DNA of 64,000 nucleotides from an uncultured Acidobacteriota bacterium (GCA_963823445.1 CAWGLT010000015.1:70520-134519), one strand, 5' to 3'; numbered from the stretch's first letter, positions 33,286 through 44,001 are shown. Notes: generated from the letters alone by a model not told the origin. Translations and numbers: made by a program.

Positions 33286-33665
33286 TGGTGCGTTCAGCAG
33301 AAACGCTCAATGGATTCGTCGACTCGGGTTGCACCATCAAGGGCGAGCTCGAATTTTCGAATTCCTTTCGGGTCGATGGTCTGGTGGAAGGCACGGTTCG
33401 TTCGCGATCCGAGCTCGTCATCGGTGAGGACGGGACCGTCGACGGTGAAATCGACGTCGCCCGCTGTCTTGTCGGCGGCCAGGTCCGGGGAACGATCAAG
33501 GCCAGCGAGAAGGTCGTTCTGCACGCCTCGGCCAAGGTCTTCGGCGAAATCCACGCACCCGCGGTGGTCATGGAGGATGGCGCCTTCCTCGAGGGCAAGG
33601 TCGACATGGCGGCCCGAGCCAAGAAGGCAACACCGCCGGCGAAGGGCGAAGGCGCCAAGGGTTGA
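33285..33665 (+). CDS. bactofilin family cytoskeletal protein
   Basis: About 126 aa with repetitive beta-helix windings (V.G.V....L.IG..G.V.G.I). The ATG overlaps the parB TGA (TGATG). Confidence 0.85.
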   Translation: MVRSAETLNGFVDSGCTIKGELEFSNSFRVDGLVEGTVRSRSELVIGEDGTVDGEIDVARCLVGGQVRGTIKASEKVVLHASAKVFGEIHAPAVVMEDGAFLEGKVDMAARAKKATPPAKGEGAKG

Positions 33666-33720
33666 GAGCAAGGCTGCTGGTCGACGCTGCCGCTGAATCC
33701 TGTCGCTGCCCCGGAACCTG

Positions 33721-33980
33721 CCCTCATCGCCGGCCTTCTGGGCCGCTGTGACGCATTGGCGTCCCGGCGGCCCAGCGTCGCACCATCGGCGTGGTCGCGC
33801 GTGGGTTGATTGAGAGGCTCGGACCACGCCGATGGCGCGCCGGCGGCCTGCCTCGTAGCCGGGAGAGCAGACCGCATCGCGCTCCCCGCGGGAGCCCGGT
33901 CGGCATTTGTGCTGGGCGGGCCGCTCCGCCGAGAGGTCGTTCCGGCACAAATGCGGACCCGGCACCCCGTTGGGGCGGGG
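33721..33980 (+). repeat. structured repeat, full copy A1 (about 250 nt; tail to hairpin orientation arbitrarily called +)
   Basis: Hand alignment of its reverse complement to 40516-40766 gives about 26 mismatches in about 250 nt. It contains the hairpin GCATTTGTGC (33903) / GCACAAATGC (33945). Confidence 0.8.
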
Positions 33981-34060
33981 TTTTTCGGGTTTCCTTGACG
34001 CGCATTGTCTTCGTGCCTCGAGTGAACGCGGTATTGGCCTCGAACGGACGTGCCGTCTCA

Positions 34061-34199
34061 AACCGATTTTGGGATGGCGTACCGTCCCGGAGCGTGACGC
34101 GTTTCGGGCCCAAACATCGTTTGAGGGGGCACTCTCGGGGAGCGCGATGGGAGAATCTCGTTGGAGGCGCGTGCCGGAAGCGGTCCGCCGTGATTGGTT
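34061..34199 (-). repeat. structured repeat, degenerate truncated copy A2 (hairpin module plus CTCGGGGAGCGCGATG)
   Basis: Hairpin arms CGATTTTGGG (34064) / CCCAAACATCG (34109) around a 35-nt loop containing CGGAGCG, followed by CTCGGGGAGCGCGATG as in copy B2. Confidence 0.5.
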
Positions 34200-34262
34200 C
34201 CCTCATCGCCGGCCTTCTGCGCTACCGTGGCCCTCGATGCCGGAACCCGCACCGGCGATGGG
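34200..34262 (+). repeat. structured repeat, tail fragment A3
   Basis: CCCTCATCGCCGGCCTTCTG is identical to the first 20 nt of A1, followed by a diverged continuation. Confidence 0.5.
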
Positions 34263-34364
34263 ACACTTCTATCCTGCATCCTGATCCACGGTCTCTGTAT
34301 CACGCGATTCGCCTCCAGATTCGGCGCCAAACCCAAAGAAAACCGTCCTTGTGAAAAAAAAATC

Positions 34365-34394
34365 TTGACTCTTTGCGAAATCCTGCGGTAATTT
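34365..34394 (+). promoter_or_regulatory. putative sigma70-type promoter of the atp operon
   Basis: A-tract (GTGAAAAAAAAATC), then TTGACT, 18-nt spacer, TAATTT, about 47 nt upstream of the atpF' ATG. Confidence 0.5.
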
Positions 34395-34440
34395 GAGTCG
34401 CCCTGCAAAGAGGCGGGAGTGCCAAGGCCAGGAGCCGCGG

Positions 34441-34872
34441 ATGCAACCTCCGAATTTATCGCTGATCATCGTCATGGTGTGTTTCTGGTTGACCTTTTGG
34501 TTGATCCAGAGATTCCTCCTCAAACCGGTCGGTGCCGTACTCGCCGAACGCCGTGGTCGGATCGAGGGTGCCGAGAAAGAGTGGCAGTCGAAACACCAGG
34601 AATATCTGGCTGAGACGGCTCGCCTCGAAACCGAACTCGGAGAAGCCGCGAAGGCGGCGGCCGCGGTTCGCAACGGGCTCCAGCAGGAGGCCCTCGATCG
34701 GCGCCAGGCAACCCTCGACGCGGCCCGCCAGATCGCCGACGGCAGGCTCGATGAAGCCATGGCGGTGCTCGACAACGAGGCCGCCAAAGCGCGCGCCGAT
34801 CTCAAGGCTCAGGCAGGTGAACTCGCTCGGGCTTTTGCGAGCCAGCTCCTCGGCAGGGAGGTTTCCCGGTGA
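34441..34872 (+). CDS. atpF: F0F1 ATP synthase subunit b' (second b-type stalk subunit)
   Basis: Start at the ATG giving MQPPNLSLIIVMV, with AGGAG upstream. One N-terminal TM helix plus a long charged A/E/R-rich helix. First gene of the operon. Confidence 0.75.
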   Translation: MQPPNLSLIIVMVCFWLTFWLIQRFLLKPVGAVLAERRGRIEGAEKEWQSKHQEYLAETARLETELGEAAKAAAAVRNGLQQEALDRRQATLDAARQIADGRLDEAMAVLDNEAAKARADLKAQAGELARAFASQLLGREVSR

Positions 34873-35447
34873 AGGACAAGCTCTTCTGGGTTCTGGCCTT
34901 TGTTGTCTTCTTGGTTTTGGCCTTCCTCGTCGACGAGCCGCGACAACCTTCGTTTCTCCCCAGCGCTGCGATTCGGGTCCTTCTCGCAGCCAACCTCACG
35001 CTCTTCCTCTTTCTCCTGAACAAATTTGTCGGCCAACCCGTCAACGAGACCCTCAAGGCTCGCGGTGAGGGCGTCAAGGAGGAGCTTGCCGAGGCCCGCA
35101 GGAAGCTCGCCGAGGCAGAGACCCTTCGCTCGGAAGTCAGCGAACGCCTCGCCAGGGTCGAAGCGGAAGTCAAGGAGATTCAAGAACGGGCGGAAGCTCT
35201 CGGCAAGACCGAAGCGGAAAAGATCGACGCCCAGGCTCGCGAAGACGAAGCGAGATTCATGCGCCGCGTCGATGATCAGATTGCTCGCCGTCAGGCCGAA
35301 ACCCGCGAGCAGCTCGCGAAGGACACCGCGGCGTTGACCGAGCAGCTGACCAAAGAACTCCTGCAGGCGACCATGACCGAGAAAGACCAGCAGCGGGTGC
35401 TCGACCGCAGTCTCGGCGCCCTCGAAAACCTCGCGGATAAGGAGTGA
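34869..35447 (+). CDS. atpF: F0F1 ATP synthase subunit b
   Basis: 192 aa. GTGA overlap with the previous gene. TM segment plus an extended coiled helix. Confidence 0.8.
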   Translation: MKDKLFWVLAFVVFLVLAFLVDEPRQPSFLPSAAIRVLLAANLTLFLFLLNKFVGQPVNETLKARGEGVKEELAEARRKLAEAETLRSEVSERLARVEAEVKEIQERAEALGKTEAEKIDAQAREDEARFMRRVDDQIARRQAETREQLAKDTAALTEQLTKELLQATMTEKDQQRVLDRSLGALENLADKE

Positions 35448-35449
35448 CC

Positions 35450-36001
35450 ATGTCTCGATTCAGAGCCATGCCCTACGCGAAGGCGCTCCTCGAAGTGGTT
35501 CGGGACCAGTGTCCGGAGCGAAAAGAGGCCGTGATCGACGAGCTCAACGGGGTTGCGACAGCCCTCAAGGAGGTGCCCGATTTCGAGCGCGTGCTCGTCA
35601 CGCCCATGGTCGACACCGACACCAAGACCGTCATCCTCGACCAGGTCCTCGACAATCTCGGGATCACCCAACCGGTCCGCCGTTTCTGCCATGTTGTCCA
35701 GCGCCACTATCGCATGCTGCACATGCGCGACATCGCCATTACCTATCGGGACCTGGTCGACCGCGAATTCGGTCGCGCCCGGGCCCATGTCGAGCTTGCC
35801 ACGGCCTATGACGAGGCTGACCGTCGTCGGATCGCCGAGGTCATGAGCGCCGTGACGGGGACCGCCGTGGTCGCCGATTTCGTCCACAACCCGGAGCTTC
35901 TCGCCGGCTTCAAGGTCCAGGTTGGTTCCAAGGTCTTCGACGGGTCGCTCGTCGGACAGGTGAATCGGCTGAGCCGGCAAACCGTCATCGAACAGGGGTA
36001 G
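35450..36001 (+). CDS. atpH: F0F1 ATP synthase subunit delta (OSCP)
   Basis: Starts [22 protein letters not shown] lies about 5 nt upstream. A GTG at 35444 is an alternative start. Confidence 0.85.
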   Translation: MSRFRAMPYAKALLEVVRDQCPERKEAVIDELNGVATALKEVPDFERVLVTPMVDTDTKTVILDQVLDNLGITQPVRRFCHVVQRHYRMLHMRDIAITYRDLVDREFGRARAHVELATAYDEADRRRIAEVMSAVTGTAVVADFVHNPELLAGFKVQVGSKVFDGSLVGQVNRLSRQTVIEQG

Positions 36002-36005
36002 CAAT

Positions 36006-37530
<1,525 letters not shown>

Positions 37531-37544
<14 letters not shown>

Positions 37545-38394
37545 GGATCTCACCCGTCGAATCCGCTCCGTCAAGGGCACCCAGCAGATCACCAAGGCCA
37601 TGAAGATGGTGGCTGCGGCCAAGCTGCGGCGTGCGCAGCAGGCGGTGACCAACGCCCGGCCCTACGCCGACACGTTGTCGAAGGTGCTGGCCAACGTCGC
37701 GGCCAGGACCGAGGAGAGCCACCCGTTGCTCGAACGTCGTGAAGGTGGCCAAACCTGGTTGGTGGTCGTTTCGTCCGACAAGGGTCTGTGCGGTTCCTTC
37801 AATGCCAACCTCCTCCGCCAGATCGAGAAGGATCTCAAAAAGAAGCGGTGGCCCGATGTCGAGCTGATCCTCATCGGTCGCAAGGCCTCGGACTATTTCA
37901 AGGTCCGCGAGTTCCCGGTTGCCCACCAGGAGCGGGACACCATGAACCGTCTCACCGCTGCGGATGGGCCGCGGCTCGGTTCCATGTTCATGGAAGCCTT
38001 CACGTCGGGACAGGTCGACGAGGTGTGGATCGCGTACAACAAGTTCGTCAGTGTTCTCCGGCAGGAGATCACCATCGAGCAGTTGCTGCCCATCCAGCCA
38101 CCCGAAGCCGACCCGAACGCCGACGATGCAGGGACCGACTATCTTTACGAGCCCAACGCGGAGGGTTTACTGGCTGCATTGCTGCCGGCCTATGTCGAGA
38201 CCGAGATCCAGACGGTGCTCTACGACTCGGCCGCGGCCGAGCAGGCATCCCGGATGACCTCCATGGGGGCCGCCACCAAGAACGCCGGCGAGATGATCGA
38301 CGCCCTGACGATGCTCTACAACCGCACCCGCCAGGCCGCCATCACCAAGGAGTTGATCGAGATTGTTTCCGGCGCGCAAGCGCTCGGTGACTGA
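37531..38394 (+). CDS. atpG: F0F1 ATP synthase subunit gamma
   Basis: TTG start with GGAGG upstream. N-terminus [35 protein letters not shown]. Confidence 0.9.
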
Positions 38395-38398
38395 CTAG

Positions 38399-39853
<1,455 letters not shown>

Positions 39854-39854
39854 G

Positions 39855-40265
39855 ATGGCCAACCGGCTGCACCTCGAAATCGTGACTCCAAGCCGCCGAG
39901 TGGTGGAAGTGGCGGTCGACGAGGTGCGTCTCCCGGGCGCCCTCGGAGAGATGGGTGTTCTGCCCGGCCATATCCCGCTTCTGACCTCTCTCGCCGCCGG
40001 TCCGCTGACCTATTTCGACGGTTCCAAGGTGGTCCGGTACGCGGTCCAGGGCGGTTTTGCCGAGGTTCTTCCCGATCGGGTGACGGTTCTGGCCACGGTC
40101 GCCAAGGCGCCGGCCGACATCGATGTCGCCGCCGCAAGGAGCAATCTCCAGGCTGCCCAGGAGAAGCTCAAGGACGCCGCCGCCGAGGAGCTCGATGAGC
40201 TGACCGTTGTGGTGCGGCTTGCCGAGACCGAGATCGAGGTTGGCGGTGGAGCGACGGTCCACTGA
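39855..40265 (+). CDS. atpC: F0F1 ATP synthase subunit epsilon
   Basis: 136 aa. LHLEIVTPSRRVVEVAVDEVRLPGALGEMGVLPGH is typical of epsilon. Confidence 0.9.
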   Translation: MANRLHLEIVTPSRRVVEVAVDEVRLPGALGEMGVLPGHIPLLTSLAAGPLTYFDGSKVVRYAVQGGFAEVLPDRVTVLATVAKAPADIDVAAARSNLQAAQEKLKDAAAEELDELTVVVRLAETEIEVGGGATVH

Positions 40266-40289
40266 TTTTCATTGCGAGACTGAAACACC

Positions 40290-40320
40290 AACGGCGCCCT
40301 TCAGGGCGCCGTTTGTTTCG
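40290..40320 (+). terminator. rho-independent terminator of the atp operon
   Basis: AACGGCGCCC-TTCA-GGGCGCCGTT followed by TGTTT. Confidence 0.7.
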
Positions 40321-40328
40321 AGGGAGAT

Positions 40329-40413
40329 CCCGCCCAACGGGGTGCCGGGTCCGCATTTGTGCCGGAACGACCTCTCGGCGGAGCGGCCCACTCAGCACAA
40401 ATGCCGACCGGGC
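40329..40413 (-). repeat. structured repeat, solo hairpin module B1
   Basis: About 85 nt, identical to the hairpin end of B2 apart from a 1-nt indel in the leading C-run. Hairpin arms at 40353 and 40395. Confidence 0.8.
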
Positions 40414-40515
40414 CAGCGGCAGGAACCAGCGACCGGGCCAGCATCAGAAACCAGCGATCAGCGACAGCAGCAGCATCCGGAACAGCAACCGAAGCCGCCC
40501 GGGACCCGCGGAATA

Positions 40516-40768
40516 CCCCGCCCCAACGGGGTGCCGGGTCCGCATTTGTGCCGGAACGACCTCTCGGCGGAGCGGCCCACTCAGCACAAATGCCGACCGG
40601 GCTCCCTCGGGGAGCGCGATGAGGTCTGTTGTTCCGGCTACGAGGCAGGCCGCCGGCGTGTCATCGGCGTGGTCGCAGCCCTCCCCGATTCCCCCGCGCG
40701 ACTACGCCGATGGCGCGACGCTGGGTCGCTGGGACGCCAAAGCGTCACAGCGGCCCAGAAGGCCGGTG
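40516..40768 (-). repeat. structured repeat, full copy B2 (inverted relative to A1)
   Basis: About 90% identical to the reverse complement of A1 by hand alignment. Hairpin arms at 40542 and 40584. Confidence 0.8.
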
Positions 40769-40944
40769 CCGAGAACAAGGTCCGGAACAACAGCAGCGAC
40801 GGGGAAAGGGGCCGTATCCGATCCGCGGGCGATAGAACTAACCCGCATCGTTACACCACCAAAGCCGGCAGGACGCCGGCGCTACGAACATCGCAACGCC
40901 CTTTGTCGCACTGCGGGAACGAGGGTCGGTCGCTCTACATGGTT

Positions 40945-41205
40945 CTTTCAGCTCCGGCCTTCTGGTGCGGTGGGTCGCTGGAGCGCCCCATCGCCCCAGC
41001 GTCGCCCGATCAGCGCGGTCGCGCGATGGGGGCCGGAGAGGGCTGCGACCACGCTGATCGAGCGCCGGCGGCCTACCTCGAAGCCGGGAGAACCGATTTG
41101 GAGCGCGCTCCCCGAGGGAGCCCGGTTGGACATTGTGCGGAGCGCGCCGAGTAGATTGGAGGTCGTTCCGGCACAATGTCGAACCCGGCACCCCGATGGG
41201 GCGCG
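40945..41205 (+). repeat. structured repeat, diverged full copy B3 (tail-to-tail with B2)
   Basis: Colinear with A1 but much more diverged, with conserved blocks CCGGCCTTCTGG, CCCAGCGTCGC, GGTCGCGCG, GCGCTCCCCG.GGGAGCCCGGT and GGTCGTTCCGGCACAA. Hairpin arms GACATTGTGC (41129) / GCACAATGTC (41171). Confidence 0.65.
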
Positions 41206-41264
41206 ATCTTTCGCGTGTCCTGTTGCGGCTTCAGCACGGGCACGGTATCGGCCGCGGCCACCGC

Positions 41265-42671
41265 TCACTGATACTCCGCGCCCAGGATGACGCTGACGAT
41301 GATGGCGCCGACGGCGGCCGGGGCGGCGAATCGAATGAGAAAACGCCAGACTCCATGGCTCCATCCCAGCGCCCCGTTCCCCTCCTCGAGCTCGTCCCGA
41401 CTTTCCTTGGCGGTGAGGATCCAGCCCGTGAAAAGGGCGATGAAGAGCCCGCCCACGGGGAGGAGCCAGTTGCTCGCCAGGTAGTCGAGGGTTCCGAAGA
41501 CTCCGGTTGTCGAACCCTTGCCAATGGGGTTGAACGCCGATAGGAACTTAACCCCCCCGACGCTGAGCGCCGACAGAATTCCGAAGAGCCAGATCGACAA
41601 GCCTGTGGTCACCGCGGCCCTGCGCCGAGGCCAGTCGAGTTCGTCGATGGCGTAGCTCGCCACCACCTCGAGCAGGCTGATCGTGCTGGTGAGGGCGGCA
41701 AACGAAACCAGGAGATAGAAGAGCCCACAGATCACGGCTCCACCGGGGAGCTTGAAGAAGAGCACCGGGATGGTGGTGAACAGGATGGTGGAGCTCTTGC
41801 TCACCTCGAAATCGAAGCTGAAGATGATGGAGAACATGATGACGCACGCCATGATGGCAATGAGGGTGTCGAGAACGCAGATGGTCAGGGCGGCGCGCGG
41901 GATCGAATCCTGGCGCCGCATGTAGCTGCCATAGGTCAGCATCGAACCGAGACCGACGCTGAGGGTGAAAAACGAGTGCCCGAGAGCCTCGAGCACCCCG
42001 GCCGCCGTGATCTCGGCGAAGTTGGGCCGGAACAGGAAGGCCAGGGCGCGGCCAAAACCGGGGGTGGTCATGGAATACGCGGCGAGGACGAGCAAAATGG
42101 CGAACAAGAGGGGCATCAGAAGCTTGGCGGCGCGTTCGATCCCCCTACCGATTCCGAAATAGACGACGGCGATGGTCAAGCCCATGAAGAGCGTGTGAAA
42201 CAGAATCTGGGCCCCCGGATCGGCGAGGAAGCCGGAAAAAAAGGCCTCGAGGTCTTCCGGGTGACCGGCAAGTTCACCGAGCGATCCCGAAAAGGCCAGC
42301 AGAATGTACCGCAGGGTCCAGCCGGCGATCATGCTGTAGTAGGAAAGGATGATGAAACCGGCCACGACGCCGAGGTAGCCGACACCCTTCCAGGCCCGGC
42401 CACCCGGCTTTCCGACGCTCAACAGGCCAAACGCCCCCACCGGATTCCGTCGGCTCCTGCGGCCGAGCAGGATCTCGGCTCCCAGGATCGGGGCACCGAC
42501 CACGGCGATGGCGGCGAGATAGACGAGGACGAACGCCCCGCCATCGTTCTCGAGGGTGATGTAGGGAAACTTCCAGAGGTTTCCGAGGCCGATGGCGCTG
42601 CCGGCGGCCGCCAGGACGAAACCCAATCGACCGGTCCATTGCGCTCGTGATGCTGCCATCGATCCCCCCAA
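41265..42671 (-). CDS. sodium-dependent transporter, neurotransmitter:sodium symporter (NSS/SNF) family
   Basis: 468 aa, polytopic, with the N-terminal signature GSAIGLGNLWKFPY. Confidence 0.85.
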   Translation of the reverse strand: MGGSMAASRAQWTGRLGFVLAAAGSAIGLGNLWKFPYITLENDGGAFVLVYLAAIAVVGAPILGAEILLGRRSRRNPVGAFGLLSVGKPGGRAWKGVGYLGVVAGFIILSYYSMIAGWTLRYILLAFSGSLGELAGHPEDLEAFFSGFLADPGAQILFHTLFMGLTIAVVYFGIGRGIERAAKLLMPLLFAILLVLAAYSMTTPGFGRALAFLFRPNFAEITAAGVLEALGHSFFTLSVGLGSMLTYGSYMRRQDSIPRAALTICVLDTLIAIMACVIMFSIIFSFDFEVSKSSTILFTTIPVLFFKLPGGAVICGLFYLLVSFAALTSTISLLEVVASYAIDELDWPRRRAAVTTGLSIWLFGILSALSVGGVKFLSAFNPIGKGSTTGVFGTLDYLASNWLLPVGGLFIALFTGWILTAKESRDELEEGNGALGWSHGVWRFLIRFAAPAAVGAIIVSVILGAEYQ

Positions 42672-42737
42672 GGTCGGACTGAGAAAGAAACGGTACAGAC
42701 GCCGGAATCAAGGTGTCAAATACCATGGTCGAAGCAA

Positions 42738-42766
42738 TTGCGTTTCGCGCCGGCTTCGGTTAGACT
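42738..42766 (+). promoter_or_regulatory. putative promoter of tRNA-Pro
   Basis: TTGCGT, 17-nt spacer, TAGACT, ending 10 nt before the mature tRNA 5' end. Confidence 0.4.
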
Positions 42767-42776
42767 GCCGGCCCGT

Positions 42777-42853
42777 CGGGGCGTAGCTCAGTCTGGTAGA
42801 GCGCACGGTTCGGGACCGTGAGGCCGGTGGTTCAAGTCCACTCGCCCCGACCA
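42777..42853 (+). tRNA. tRNA-Pro (anticodon CGG)
   Basis: Cloverleaf folded by hand. Acceptor CGGGGCG/CGCCCCG, anticodon stem CACGG/CCGTG with loop TTCGGGA, T-loop TTCAAGT, encoded CCA. Confidence 0.9.
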
Positions 42854-42868
42854 TTTCTCAAACGAGCC

Positions 42869-42899
42869 AGAGAGCGCACTTCGGTGCGCTCTCTTTTTG
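42869..42899 (+). terminator. rho-independent terminator after tRNA-Pro
   Basis: AGAGAGCGCAC-TTCG-GTGCGCTCTCT followed by TTTTTG. Confidence 0.7.
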
Positions 42900-42908
42900 C
42901 CGTCCGAA

Positions 42909-42937
42909 TTGACTTACGCCTTATTATCGCCTATGGT
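42909..42937 (+). promoter_or_regulatory. putative promoter of lexA
   Basis: TTGACT, 17-nt spacer, TATGGT, about 22 nt upstream of the lexA ATG. GAGGAGA RBS present. Confidence 0.4.
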
Positions 42938-42958
42938 GGTTTCGAGGAGACCCGCATC

Positions 42959-43570
42959 ATGACCTACCTCACCGAACGGCAGCGGGATGTGCTCGATTTC
43001 ATCGAGAAAAGACTCATCAGCGACGGCGTCGCGCCGACGCTCAGAGAAATTTCCGAAGCCTTTGGCTTCGCATCCACCGCGAGCGCGCAGAAACACATCG
43101 CGTTGCTCGAACGCAAAGGTTACCTGCGGCGTGAGAAGCATCAGAAGCGGGGACTCGTCCTGGCTCAACAGCCGACCGCCGACGAGCCCAGCGGGATCGA
43201 GCTTCCGTTGCTGGGATTGGTGGCCGCCGGTTCTCCCATCGAGTCCGTGCCGGACCCCGAACCGGTCTCGGTGCCGCCGGATTTCGTCGGATCGGGCAAC
43301 AACTTCGTCCTCAAGGTCCGCGGCGAGTCCATGATCGAGGACGGGATCCACGACGGCGATCTCGTCATCGTCCAGCCGCGGCCCGAGGCAGCCGACGGCG
43401 ACATGGTGGTCGCCATGGTGGATGGAGAGGTGACCCTCAAACGCCTCTTTCGTCACGCTCCCGGATCGATCAGGCTCCAACCCGCCAATTCGGAGATGGC
43501 CCCCATTTTCGTCGCCGCCGAGGACCTCACCGTGCAGGGGATCGTGGTCGGGCTCGTACGGCGGTACTGA
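42959..43570 (+). CDS. lexA: LexA repressor
   Basis: 203 aa. Starts MTYLTERQRDVLDFI (winged HTH). Cleavage region VAAG, Ser/Lys dyad context VRGESM ... LKRL. Confidence 0.9.
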   Translation: MTYLTERQRDVLDFIEKRLISDGVAPTLREISEAFGFASTASAQKHIALLERKGYLRREKHQKRGLVLAQQPTADEPSGIELPLLGLVAAGSPIESVPDPEPVSVPPDFVGSGNNFVLKVRGESMIEDGIHDGDLVIVQPRPEAADGDMVVAMVDGEVTLKRLFRHAPGSIRLQPANSEMAPIFVAAEDLTVQGIVVGLVRRY

Positions 43571-43594
43571 CGAGGGCCGCGCGGCTCCTTTTTC

Positions 43595-43623
43595 TTGACT
43601 GTGTCGGCTGACTTCGATAGCGT
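43595..43623 (+). promoter_or_regulatory. putative promoter of cutA (leaderless geometry)
   Basis: TTGACT, 17-nt spacer, TAGCGT. The -10 hexamer ends 6 nt before the cutA ATG and there is no SD. Confidence 0.4.
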
Positions 43624-43629
43624 TTCTCC

Positions 43630-44001
43630 ATGACTCGTCTCGAAGAGATCACCGTTGTCATGACGTCTGTGGGGACCGAGCAGCAGGCGGTGGAGATTTC
43701 AGAGGAACTCATCGCGCGCCGGCTGGCCACGTGCGTCAATATTGTCCCCTGTCTGCGTTCGATCTACCGATGGAAGGGGAAGATCTGCGAGGACACCGAG
43801 TATCTGCTCCTCATCAAGACCCCGAAGCGACTCTTCGACAGGGTCTCGGCTGCGATCCGGGAGTACCATTCGTACGAGTTGCCGGAGATCCTGGCCATGC
43901 CGGTGTCTGCGGCCGAGGAGAACTTCCAGCGCTGGATTCTCCAGATGGTCGAGCCCGGCGATGATGAGGACGACGACGAGGACGACCGGGATTTCGACTG
44001 A
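43630..44001 (+). CDS. cutA: divalent-cation tolerance protein CutA
   Basis: 123 aa. LATCVNIVP...SIYRWKGKI..D.E..LLIKT...YELPEI is CutA1-like. Acidic D/E tail. Confidence 0.85.
   Translation: MTRLEEITVVMTSVGTEQQAVEISEELIARRLATCVNIVPCLRSIYRWKGKICEDTEYLLLIKTPKRLFDRVSAAIREYHSYELPEILAMPVSAAEENFQRWILQMVEPGDDEDDDEDDRDFD

Noticed and set aside
33224-33877. A 217-aa minus-strand ORF and the 325-aa plus-strand ORF at 40313-41290 run through the repeat copies. They give similar peptides (ATRQAAG..SAWS..P...RD.ADGATLGR.DA.ASQRPRRP), with a GGGGAG plus ATG at the same point in A1 and B2.
   Set aside because: Codon-by-codon comparison of A1 and B2 in that frame gives about 5 synonymous against about 13 non-synonymous codon changes. 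The ATG is lost in B3. A second frame (GYEAGRRR.IGVV) is equally open. The 33224 ORF runs antisense through the bactofilin gene. This looks like an open frame caused by GC content, not a coding repeat.
42860-42958. Search for a LexA operator (SOS box) upstream of lexA.
   Set aside because: No match to the motifs I know: CTGT-N8-ACAG, CGAAC-N4-GTTCG, or the GTTC-N7-GTTC direct repeat. I cannot call an operator without a genome-wide motif search.
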